Below are positions 36,903 through 47,356 of a stretch of 64,000 bases of DNA, in pieces; the first letter of the stretch is position 1, and each line of letters opens with the position of its first letter. Position numbers and translations under genes: made by a program. The DNA is from Chrysemys picta bellii. Taxonomy: Eukaryota. The notes under the pieces are model-generated. The model did not search any database. It was not told where the DNA came from and saw only the letters and a program-made list of their open reading frames with translations. The stretch lies in NCBI RefSeq assembly GCF_011386835.1, contig NC_088793.1, positions 206,770,001-206,834,000 of the forward strand, written 5' to 3'.

Positions 36903-37809
36903 GTAGGAGCCCAGCCCCTTCCTCTTGTGGGCTGGGCGGAGGTTAAAATCTCTAGGGACTAGCTGGACCCCCAGCCATTGGGAGGGGAGTGATGCAGAAC
37001 AAATCACTCCAGGCAGACACGGGGGCTTCCCCGGATAGGGTTTAAGGGCAGCGAACTGTTTTTTGGGTTTTAGTGAAGCATTTGATACAGTGTCTTGTGA
37101 AATCTTCCCTCATCGGTTCACACTGGGCTTGGACTTGACTCGGTTGGGGGTTGGGACAAAGGGGAACGCCAAGTGGCCAAGCCAAGTCGGGAGAAGGCTC
37201 CTCTGGGGGGTTACCATGGGGATCCGGGCTAGGTCGGGTCTTGTTCACCAGTGATCTGGGCATTTTGGGGACATTCACAAACTGGGAGACTTGCACACAC
37301 AGGCAGATGGAAGCAATGGAGAGGCAGCATTGTCCATTAGTTAAAGCAGTGGCCTGGGAGCTAGGAACCCTACTGTCCAAATCCTAGCTCCGTCACGGGG
37401 CTCTCTGAGGCTCCGCACAGTGGGGTCCGTCTGCAGGGGTCAGCCTGCGGGATGGGCATGGGTATGTCTCTGTACGGAATTCCCCAGCTGTAGAATAGGG
37501 TCGTGATCCTGGCTTCCCTCTCCGGGTTTGGCTCCTCAGCACGCTGTCTAATTCCGCAGTATTAAAAAGGGGCCGAGCGAGGCAAAATAAACCGAGAGTC
37601 AGATTTAAAAAACGCTCTGTCCAGGGACGAGTGAGCCGCATGTCAGCCCGCAGGGAGAGCCCTGGGAACCAGCCTTCCTGCTCTGCCGAAGCCGCGGTCG
37701 TGACAGCGACTGAAAGGGGACTTGTCAATGGCTGTTTGGTCACCAAGTGGCGTTGCAACCTTTTCTCTCTTGTGCCTGTGCCTTAAGCTAGGTAAACAAA
37801 CATTATATA

Positions 37810-37933
37810 CCAGAGGGGTAGCCGTGTTAGTCTGAATTTGTGAAAAGCAACAGAGGGTCCTGGGGCACCTTTAGGACTAACAGAAGTATAGGGAGCATAA
37901 GCTTTCGTGGGTAAGAACCTCACTTCTTCAGCC
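37810..37933 (-). mobile_element. Short Penelope-like terminal fragment with partial hammerhead core
   Basis: cagaggggtagccgtgttagtctg terminus. 9-bp TSD cattatata at 37801-37809 and 37934-37942. Minus-strand CUGAAGAA...GAAAGCUUAUGC at 37895-37931. Confidence 0.75.
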
Positions 37934-39011
37934 CATTATATAAATGGGCTTGAACTGGACTCTGCTCCACCATCCTGGCGGTCAGCCACTTCCCCCTGGG
38001 TTGTTTGTTCCCTGGCTCTCGGCACAAGGCAGCTGCATAGCGATGGGCTTGGCACCAGGCTCTGAGACCAGTCCCACCAGGGCTTGTTCAGTCTGATCCC
38101 AGCCGGGTGCCTCACGGCCCGAAGGTGACCAAGGGCTGGTGGGGGTGGGGAGATGTGAGCACCGAGTACGCGCAGCTTGGCTCAGGGACTACAGCCCCCC
38201 ATGTAACCCCAAAATGTCTGCAGGCACGCTTGCTACTGGAGCAAGGAAGTCTCCTCTGCTCTCTGTCGTCACCCCTCTTTATTCTTTTCATCAGCTGCTC
38301 TGCAGCTTCTCTCTGTGGAAGGTTAAAGTGGAAAGGATTGGCTGGGGAGAAAGGCACGAGCTATCCCCTCTGGTCACTGGCAGCTCCCATGTGCACGAGG
38401 CAGAGCGGGGTTCAGAGGTTTGCCAGCCCACAGTCACCAGGCAGGCCCCCCAAAGTCCTGGGATTTAAGAAGAGAATAGACTGGGGGTTCTCTTTCGTTT
38501 CTGATTTCGGAGCTCTTAGGTGGCACCCGGGCCACAGTTTCGAGCTTTTCTTCGCAACCATGATGGTTAGAAATTTCATTACAAAACCGAGAGCTGATAG
38601 TCACCCGTAATCACATGATTCCAGAATATGGGGCTAAAGAACATTCTCCACTGCGAGATGCGGCAGGGTGCCCTTCTCCAGGCCCAGTCATTCCGCCCGA
38701 ATTGAGTTCATGCATCTGCCTTCCCACAAGGCAGTTTCTTATTTGCCTAGGCTTGGGCAGCTTTTGTTAAGCTATGATTCTGAATGTCAGAGGAAGGCCC
38801 GGAGGGGGCTGGAGGCAGGTGGGCAGGCAGGCAACAGGGGGTGGCGCAGGGTGAAGTGAGAGCCTCATGTGGCTGTTTAACAACTTGTGCAGAGTCTCGA
38901 GTGGGGGCTGTCAGGTCTTGCCTGGCTGGGAGCAGATTCCTGGGCTGTGGGGGGGGAAGACCAGCTCCCTGTGCTGTCTGCATTCAGGTGCCTGTGTGAC
39001 TCTTTCCCCAG

Positions 39012-39148
39012 GGCTGGACACGGAGAGTTCCGCTCTAGTTCTGACCATGGAGGATTTTGGACAAGCTGCCACAAGGCTGCAGCCGTCGGTTTCGGAGCAG
39101 GAGCTGCTCACATACAGAGTGATCCAGCGGAAGTTTGCTGCCTGCTAG
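39012..39148 (+). CDS. PEX6: PEX6 exon 17 (last coding exon)
   Basis: [15 protein letters not shown]...[26 protein letters not shown] at 39146-39148. Joined CDS is 2937 nt. Confidence 0.97.
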
Positions 39149-40126
39149 CCTGCAGTGGGAAGGGAAGGGAAGGAGCACGCACAGCCCTAACAGGCGTGTG
39201 GGCTGGTGAAGTGGAGAGATGGAAGCGTCATCACCTGCTGACTCCTGGCCAACCCTGGACGTGGTGCACATTTAGCCATGGATCTGAGGCGGTCGGCAGC
39301 ACAGCTGGGGTTCATGCTCCTCCTCCTCTGTCCCAGTCCCCCTCCTCCAACCTCTCAGCCTGGCCCTCACCCCCACAGCCACCATCCCGCCCCGTAATCT
39401 GGGGTGTGAGGAAGGGGCTTTGAGCTGAGTTGTGGATCTCAAGGGAAAGGAGTGCGACCAAAGCCCCTGTGAGACCCTGCGCTAGTCATGGATTGTCCCA
39501 TGACCCCGTGCCCTCCCCCTGGCGTAGGCAAAGATCCTGAGCTCGGGGGTGGATTGTCTCCCAGGAGTGAAAAATCCTCCCCTCTCCCACAGCCTCCCTG
39601 GGATGTGAGGGAATTAGCAGACTCCTTCCGCTCAGGATCAGCGGGAGGGGGATTCACACCCACAACTCCTCTCCCCGGTTACAGGGCCAGCATAAAACCT
39701 GGCACCACTGACGGGTGGTCTCGTGCTGGCCCTGGGCATGGAGGGGAATCTCATCCCGAATGAGAGAGAACTTCCTGGTGGAGCTTTAGTCACCGGGAGG
39801 TGGGAGGGTCCCCTGCTGCTTTCCCCGCTGACACATGCACTACAGGCAGGGATGGTGCTTCCGATCACTCAGGCAGCCACGAACAAGACAGGAGGGGGAG
39901 CCAGAGCGGCAGGGTGGAAGCGTGGGTTCCCGAGCAGCGTGGGGTCCCCTGAGATGTTTTTGCAGGGATTCTGAACCCCCCTGGCCAGCTCCCAGCACAC
40001 GGGCCTGGGCACTACACCAGGCAGAGGCACGGAGCACCTGCATTGTGTGAGGACACTGCTGGCTGCACAGGCAGTGGGCAGGGGCATACACTGCACTGGC
40101 TGTAAATACTGTACGCGGGCTTTCTA

Positions 40127-40132
40127 AATAAA
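40127..40132 (+). terminator. PEX6 poly(A) signal
   Basis: First AATAAA seen after the PEX6 stop. TGTA motifs at 40101 and 40110 upstream, GT-rich tract downstream. Confidence 0.75.
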
Positions 40133-40171
40133 GGGGGAGTTTCTGGTCTAGTTCTCAGCTGTGTGTGGGCA

Positions 40172-40177
40172 TTTATT
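40172..40177 (-). terminator. GNMT poly(A) signal
   Basis: tttatt on plus, the first minus-strand AATAAA found downstream of the GNMT stop (about 2.1-kb 3' UTR). Confidence 0.65.
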
Positions 40178-42281
40178 GCCCCTGCTTCAGCTGGGGTCAG
40201 GCGTTCACAGAGAGCTGCGAGAGGGCATTACGCTCTGCGCACACAGGGGCGTGTTGACTCACCACGCACGCGGGTTGCAAGAAGCAGACTGCACTCTGGC
40301 CAAGCCCTGCTCAGTGTCATTGTACAAGGGGCTTGCAGGGGCAGAGCTGAGCCGGGCAGGGAGGGTGGGTCTATGCACAGGCCGCGGGACCCAGCAGGGC
40401 TGGGCCGTAGTGGGGCTGGCTCTCTGAGGACAAGGACACTGTGGTGCGATAAGACTCGTGCAGTGACGTTGGCTTCAGCTTTTCTCTCTCTGGGTCTGGC
40501 CCTAGCTTCCCCTCCCAGGGGAATCTCAGCAGCCCATCCTCAGCGGTGCCACCATTTAGCACCAGTTCTATTAGCATGAAGCCCATCAGCCTGGGGCCAG
40601 GCCTGGCAGTCTCCCCCTGGGAGATCCTGGCACCCCGGGGAGGGACTGAGCCTGCTGTAGCAGCAGATCCCCTTTTCCAGCCCCCCATGGCCACTTACCC
40701 TCCCCTGGTGCTGGGAGAGCAGCCCGGCAATGGGCACCCTGATGGGCAGGGAGAGGAGGTGCAGGGTAGGGTGCTGCCCGGGAGCTGGCCTGAGGCAGCC
40801 GGATGGGCACCAGTGCTGGGTACAGCCCTTCAGAGCACAGGCCCTGAAGCTGCCATCTCCCCTCTGGGGCCAGTGATACCTGCCTCTAGCAGCCACCTCT
40901 CCTTACCCGCCCCCCCAGAGCACCTCCTCACTGCCCTTTTCAGCAGCAGTGCCCTGGGGCTGACCCAACCCAGCCCTGCCGAGTGCCCCCCTCCCGGCTG
41001 GTCTACCCCTTTGTGGCTCTCCCTACCCCCACGGACGTGCTGCTAGGAGCTCGCCGGGCCGACTGCTGACAACACCCAAAGGAAGCTAACTCAGGGCCAG
41101 GATCCTGGGGCTGGACAGCAGCCACCGTCCCCAGCCAGGTCGAGCCCTGCGCTGGGAGGGAGGCGGGTACTCGCTGTTGGCAGGCCAGACTGGACTCCCC
41201 CGCCCCCTCCTCACAGCCTTGAGCGGCCGCACCAGCTGGCTGTGGGTTTCCCTGCTGTGAGCCTTTTCTGTCTCGACTCCTTTCCTCGCCCTCAGCGAGC
41301 ACCCGGTTCAGGCTCACGCTCCTGCTACCGCGCAGCCACCCACCAGCTGCAGCCTCCCCTTCCCGGGCAGCACTCCGCACCCCTCGCTCGGGCCCCTGAC
41401 GGCTGCTGACACTGGAGCCAGGGGGTACGTTCTCCAGCTGCTGCTGCTACTAGTGCCTGAGCCAATGGCCTGGGCCTTACCCACAGCATCTCCCAGCCCT
41501 CTGGGCTGCATGTGGAGGGAACGGGCTCTCAGTGAGGGGGTGCATAGAGCTGGGTGGCCCACAGGTACCCTGCTCCCACAGCACTTGGGCCTGGAGCTTA
41601 TGTCTCCCAGGACGCCCTGCACAGGGCCCTTCAGCCCCTCGGGGGGGGGGGGGGGGGCCACAGGCGCAGAGTGGCAGCTCTGGGGGGGGGTGTCTCTCCT
41701 CCCCTGCCATCTGCAGCAATGGCCAGGCAGATGGTGCAGCGGCTGGAGCACGCAGTTGAACACAGGCTCTGCTCCGGACTCCAGGCGTGAGCTGGCCCTG
41801 TCCCTCCTCCATACCAAGGGCCCAGTGGCACCACGGAGAGATCCCCATGACCGGCACCAGCAGAATCCTGCTCCCGCCTCCTCTGAGCTAGTCATCCCCA
41901 GCCCAGCCGCAGAACAGACACCAGGACCACGTGCGCGGGTCACTCTCCATGAGCGTTGTTTCACTTTCCTCGCAACAGCCTTCTGGAGAGCCCTCAACAG
42001 CCCTGAGATTCAGACAAACGCCCCCCACCCCGGTGCAGCCTGACAAATGCGAGAAGCAGCAGCAGTATGGGCCGGTCTAGCCAGCCACCGAGCCTTGCTC
42101 AGGCCTCACAGGCAATTCCTGGGGCCTTCCCCTGAAGCGGCCGGCTGGTGGAGAGTCCCATCAGCCGCCCAAGCAGAGCCGTTCAGACAGGAAGATGGCG
42201 AAGAGTTCCATCTCCTCGTCCGTTGCCACACGGCCGGGGGCGCAGTCCGACCAGCAACGCCCGGGAGCCCCAGGCAGCACC

Positions 42282-42453
42282 TCAGCCTGTCTTCTTCACC
42301 ACGTGGATGAAGTAGCAGGGGGTGTAGGCCTGCCCGGGCTGGTAGGGCTGGAAGTCGCCCAGGACGCTGTGCTGGCACTGCCCCTGGAAGGCGTTCTTCA
42401 GCAGCTCCGTGAAGGCCTCCAGGCAGTGAGGGTAGTAGGAGAGACGGAATTTG
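42282..42453 (-). CDS. GNMT: GNMT exon 6 (last coding exon)
   Basis: [18 protein letters not shown]...VLGDFQPY...[12 protein letters not shown]. Joined CDS is 885 nt. Confidence 0.97.
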
Positions 42454-42739
42454 CTGGAACACAAGAGAAGAGAGACCACACTGAGGGGCTGGGACAGGCG
42501 CCTGCGGGGGGCTCTGGGATGTGCCAGCGTGAGCCTGCCGTGCACGGGGGAGTCGGGGTAGCAGGGAGGCAGCTACGCCACCCAGGGCTGGGGCTTCTCT
42601 TAGGCCTACAGGAGTCCCCAGCTGGGCAAAGCAGGACATGCCCCTGCTGCGTGCGACCTGTGCCCAGACACTTCGTGTGCACGTGGATCGGGGCCCACCC
42701 CTCCTCACGCCACAGATGACTGTGCCAGCCAGCACCTAC

Positions 42740-42861
42740 CTCAGTTCCGGGGCTTCCTCTGGCTCCTGGGCCGGGACCTGCAGCGTGTAGTCCAGGGTCA
42801 CCATATGGGCTTTGTTGTTCACTAGCAGCACGGATGTGGTGATGTCCTTCGTCAGGTCACT
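42740..42861 (-). CDS. GNMT: GNMT exon 5
   Basis: [30 protein letters not shown]. 122 nt. Confidence 0.96.
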
Positions 42862-43503
42862 CTGGGCGGGGCAAAAAGCCAAAAGCTTCCTGTTACCTCC
42901 TCCCCTCCCGTGTGTCAGCTCCCAGGCACAATGCGGGGAGTTGCCCCAGGGCAGTGGGGGGAGGCGAACGTCACCCCAGCATACTCATTCTGGGATGGAG
43001 CCTGCCCGCCTGGAGCTGTGGTGATGCGCCAATCCCAACCCCCAATGCAGCCTGCTCTCCTGGTGTGCTCTGCACAGCACCCAGCGACGCCTCCGGCCGC
43101 AGCTACACCCGAGGGCACACAGGGAGCTGCTGCACTCTCCTCCCATAGCCTCAGCCCTGCAGCCTCTCTGCTCTGTCCTCACCTATGACTCCAGTCAAGT
43201 CAGCCTCCCCCATTACCTCCCTATGCCCTGTCTGCCGTTAGCCAGAGCTGCTCCCTCTCACCAGGCCAGCTGTGAGGATTCACGTTACCAGGGCACTGGA
43301 GCCCACAGGCATGGACAGGGGGGGCCGCCAGAGCCAGGTGGTGTGGCCGGGGAGGACGTTTGGGGTGGCGGGAAACCTCTATCCCCACATCACTGAGTGC
43401 CAGTCAGCCCTGTCCCTATTCCTCAATAGGGCACAACAAACAGAGCAGTCCCCTGACCCCTGGTGACCTCCCCCTCCACCGGGCAGGCCTGGAGGGCAGT
43501 GAC

Positions 43504-43646
43504 CTTGTAGTAGATGTTCTTGCCAGGTGGGGCGCAGCCCGTGGCCAGGATGTAGTCGTAGTTGCGATGGTCGATGACCATGAGGCCGCCCGGTCGCACC
43601 ATGCTCGCAATGTTCTTAAGGGCCAGTTTATGGTCGCTCTGATCAC
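43504..43646 (-). CDS. GNMT: GNMT exon 4
   Basis: [47 protein letters not shown]. 143 nt, weak donor GTCACT. Confidence 0.95.
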
Positions 43647-44344
43647 CTAGGCGAAGAGGCGGGATTCAGCTACCCCTCTGCAATGCACCAGAGCCCGTCC
43701 CCCACCCCAGCTGCCCATGGCCCCCCGGCATCTCGCTTTGTCCTGCAGTGGTGCCAACAGAAAGCAGTGGACATGTTGGGGCCTCTGGGGCTCTGCGTGC
43801 CTAAGCTAAGCTAGTCCGCCTCCCCGCGAGCCCCATTTCCTGGCTGGAGATAGGCGGGCCCTAGCACAGCCAAAACTGGCCATCCAGGAACGCCCTAGCA
43901 AAAACGGGCCCTGGAGCAGTTACAGCCCAGTGCCCTTGGGGCAGGGAGGGGGGCTAGGGTAGGACGGGGCGGCTGGCACGCACTGCCCATATAGGGCCGC
44001 TGCAGCACTGGGTAAGTTAGAGCAGTCCCAGAATCCAGGACTCTCCTAGGTGGAGCCGCGCAACCTTCTCTTCTGTCCCTCATTCCTGCACCACACGGGG
44101 AGTCGGGGCCTTGGTTGTATTCTGGACGCAGCCTGAGCATGGGCTGGCAGATCGAATCCTGCTGCCATCCCAGCGTGAGCTTGAGCAAGTCTCAGCAGTA
44201 AATGGGACGGTGGGCCCGCCTCGCCTGGCAGCTGCGGGGGCTGGTGCTTTGGAGATGAGAGCCCTGCATTCGCACCTGCCCCCGGCCCTCAGTGCTTGGC
44301 TGCAGGGCTGGTCCCCGGAAGCAGACGCTCTTCACCAGGCTCAC

Positions 44345-44458
44345 CTTTGAAATCAGGCAGATGCGCAAAGGAGTTTCCCAGGCAGATGACAGCATCAAAC
44401 CCGTCTCCCGGCTTCTGCACGTCCTTGTCCAGGGTGAGCCAGTTGGCCTCCTCAATGA
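44345..44458 (-). CDS. GNMT: GNMT exon 3
   Basis: [13 protein letters not shown]...[19 protein letters not shown]. 114 nt. Confidence 0.97.
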
Positions 44459-45301
44459 CTGCACCACACGAGAGCTGGTTACACACACACACACACAAAG
44501 GCCTTGCCTTCCCTGGGCTGGCGGACCTTCCCTCCTGCACACAGATCCCCACTGCTCCTGCCTCAGAGATGGGGCGGGGAGGGGCAGTACCCATTTCCAC
44601 TGCAGCCTAGAAAGCACCACCCCCATACACCGCTGAACAGCTCGGCTCGGAGAGGCACTCCCATGGCCAAAGGCGACAGCCGCAGCACTGAGACACTCGC
44701 TATCCTGGGGAGGTGGCACGGGACATTATTCCCATTTCAAAGCCAGCCAGGGGAAGCGAGTGCTGCATCGTGCGAGGGGGGAGAACAGGGTGTGATATCA
44801 GTGACGTCAAGGGAAGAGGCGCACGCAACATGTTACACTTGCTGATGATCCTACGCCAGGGAAATGTTCCAACAGGTCCCAGGAGACGGGGGTCCCATGA
44901 GGGCGTTCTGCATTGGAAATGCAGCCTACAGCACCTGGGGACTGGACGTTGATCTCCTCGGGGCGGGGGAAGCCTGGCAGAGCCGGCAGCAGGCTAGTCA
45001 GGCGTTTCAATGCAGCAGCAGGAGTCCAGGGCAATCTGGGCTCCCGCTACAGAGGCATCACCCCCCAGTGCCAGCCGGAAGCTGTTCTCCTGTCCAGCCC
45101 CAAGCGCGCTCCTGGCCAGCCAGAGACAAACCAGGAAGGGTTCAGAGTCCAAGCTGCTCATTTCCGAGGGAAACCAAAGGCGTAAGTGTCGCATGGGGAT
45201 AAAAGACAGGACTTGGGGCCTCTCAGCGCCTGTTCCCCACCCCAAAGCACTCCAGGGGCAGGCACACTGCCCCAGTGTGCGTCCCAGGGCGCTGTGCCTA
45301 C

Positions 45302-45429
45302 CCCACTTGTCAAAGGCCTCTTCCTTCCGCCGGTTCCAACGCTCCTTCAGGGCGTACTTGAGCATCTTGTCACTGGCGTCAACGCTGGTCACGCTGAACC
45401 CGTCCTCCACCAGCATGATGGAGTCCACC
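45302..45429 (-). CDS. GNMT: GNMT exon 2
   Basis: [42 protein letters not shown]. 128 nt. Confidence 0.97.
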
Positions 45430-45479
45430 CTGCCGAGGGCAGAGAGAGCATGACACACACCCGCAGGGGGCGTCACACA

Positions 45480-46760
45480 GAGCGGGGTGCCTGTGTGTGC
45501 GCGCCAGGGATGGGGTAGCCCATCCGGCTCCATGGAGGTAGGGGTTCCCCCTCAGGCCCTGGGGGGGGTTGGACAGGGGGTCTCACATACACAGAGTGGG
45601 GCGCTCCCCTCTGTCTCAGGGGTTCATACACACATGGGGTGGGGCTGTACAGGGGGTCATACACACATGGGGCAGTCCAGGGGTTCGTTCCCACACACAC
45701 CATGGGGATGTACGGGGTGGGGGAGCGCACGCAGGGATGGGGATGTATGGGGAATCTCACACACACAGGGTAGGGGAGTTCCTGCAAACACACAGTGGGG
45801 GGAAGGGTCTGAGGTGGGGGTCACACCTACAGGGTAGGGGGGTTCCCCCACACACCCAGGTAGGGGGGTCACACACATGGCGGGGCTATACAGCGATCTC
45901 ACACACACCCATGTGGGGGGGGTCCCCACTCTGTACAGCACTCTCACACAGAGAGGGATGGCGGGGTCCCACACATGGGGGGAGGGCTGTATGAAGGATT
46001 TCATTCACGGGGGGCAGGGTCTCAGACATGGGGGTGCTGTACGAGGATCTCACAGACAGGGGGGGGCTGTATGGGGCTCTCAGCCATGGGGGGAGTGTAT
46101 GGGGATCTCACAGACGGGGGTGATCTGACAGACAGGGGGCTCTACGAGGTGTAACACACACACACACTGGGGGGGCCTGTACGGGGTGGGACACACACAT
46201 GGTGCAGGCTGTACAGGGTGTGTGACACACAGAGACACACAGATGGGGGGGCTGTACAGGGTGTGTGACACACAGACACATACATGGGGGGACTGTACAG
46301 GGGGTGTGACACAGACAGGGGGGCTGTACGGGGTGGGACACACACACTGGGGGGGCTGTACAGGGGTGTGTGACAGACACACACACGGTGCGGGCTGTAC
46401 AGGGTGTGTGACACACACAGAGGGGCTGTAAGGGGTGTGACACACACGGGGGGGGCTGTACAGGGTGTGTGACACACACGGAGGGGCTGTAAGGGGTGTG
46501 ACACACACACGGGGGACTGTACAGGGTGTGTGACACACACACGGGGGGGCTGTAAGGGGTGTGACACACACGGAGGGGCTGTAAGGGGTGTGACACACAC
46601 ACGGGGGGACTGTACAGGGGGTGTGACACACACGGGGGGCTGTATGGGGTGGGACACACACACACACACGGTGCAGGCTGTACAGGGGGTGTGACACACA
46701 CACAGACATACACTGGGGGGTGTGACACACACACACACACTGACACACACACACACACAG
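45480..46760. repeat. About 30-bp minisatellite filling GNMT intron 1
   Basis: ggggggctgta(c/a)(a/g)ggggtgtgtgacacacac repeats, regular at about 46130-46760 and decaying toward 45480. Confidence 0.9.
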
Positions 46761-46832
46761 CGGGTGGGCGGGTCCGGGCTCCCTCGCCCCCCTGCCGCCG
46801 GGCCGCGCCCCGAGCCCGGCCGGGCCGCTCAC

Positions 46833-47038
46833 CCGGTGCCGCAGGCCACGTCGAGCACGGCGCGGCAGCGGTGGCGGCGGAGCAGCGCCAGGAGCCAGCT
46901 GCGGTACTCGGCCGTGCGGCCCCGCGTGTCCCCGATGTAGAGCTGCCAGACCCGCGCCGCCCGCCCGTCCGCGTACTGGTCCGGCAGCCCCTCGGCCGCC
47001 ACCCCCAGCGACCGCGTCCGGTAGATGCTGTCCACCAT
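46833..47038 (-). CDS. GNMT: Glycine N-methyltransferase exon 1
   Basis: [25 protein letters not shown]...VLDVACGTG (SAM-binding motif I). 206 nt, donor GTGAGC. Confidence 0.97.
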
Positions 47039-47233
47039 GCCGCCGCCGCCTCCTGCCCGTCCGCCCGCCGGCCGCGCTCTGCCGGCCGCCCGCCCGCTGC
47101 AGCTGGAGCCGGGCCCGGGCCGCTCCGCCTCCGCTCCGGCCCGCCCCCGGCCTGCACCGCCCCCCGACTCGCCCCACCCCTCCCAGCCCAGGGACACACA
47201 GCTCTCTAGCTCCTCGAGGCTGGGGCTCCTGGA

Positions 47234-47356
47234 GAGGGGGACCAGATGTCCTGAGTTTATAGGGACAGTCCCCAGTTTTGGGTCTTTTTCTTATATAGGC
47301 TCCTATTACCCCCCACCCCAGTCCTGATTTTTCACACTTGCTGTCTGGTCACCCTA
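47234..47356. mobile_element. 123-bp hAT MITE in the GNMT proximal promoter
   Basis: TIRs agggggaccaga (47235-47246) and tctggtcaccct (47344-47355). Perfect 8-bp TSD ctcctgga at 47226-47233 and 47357-47364. Confidence 0.88.
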
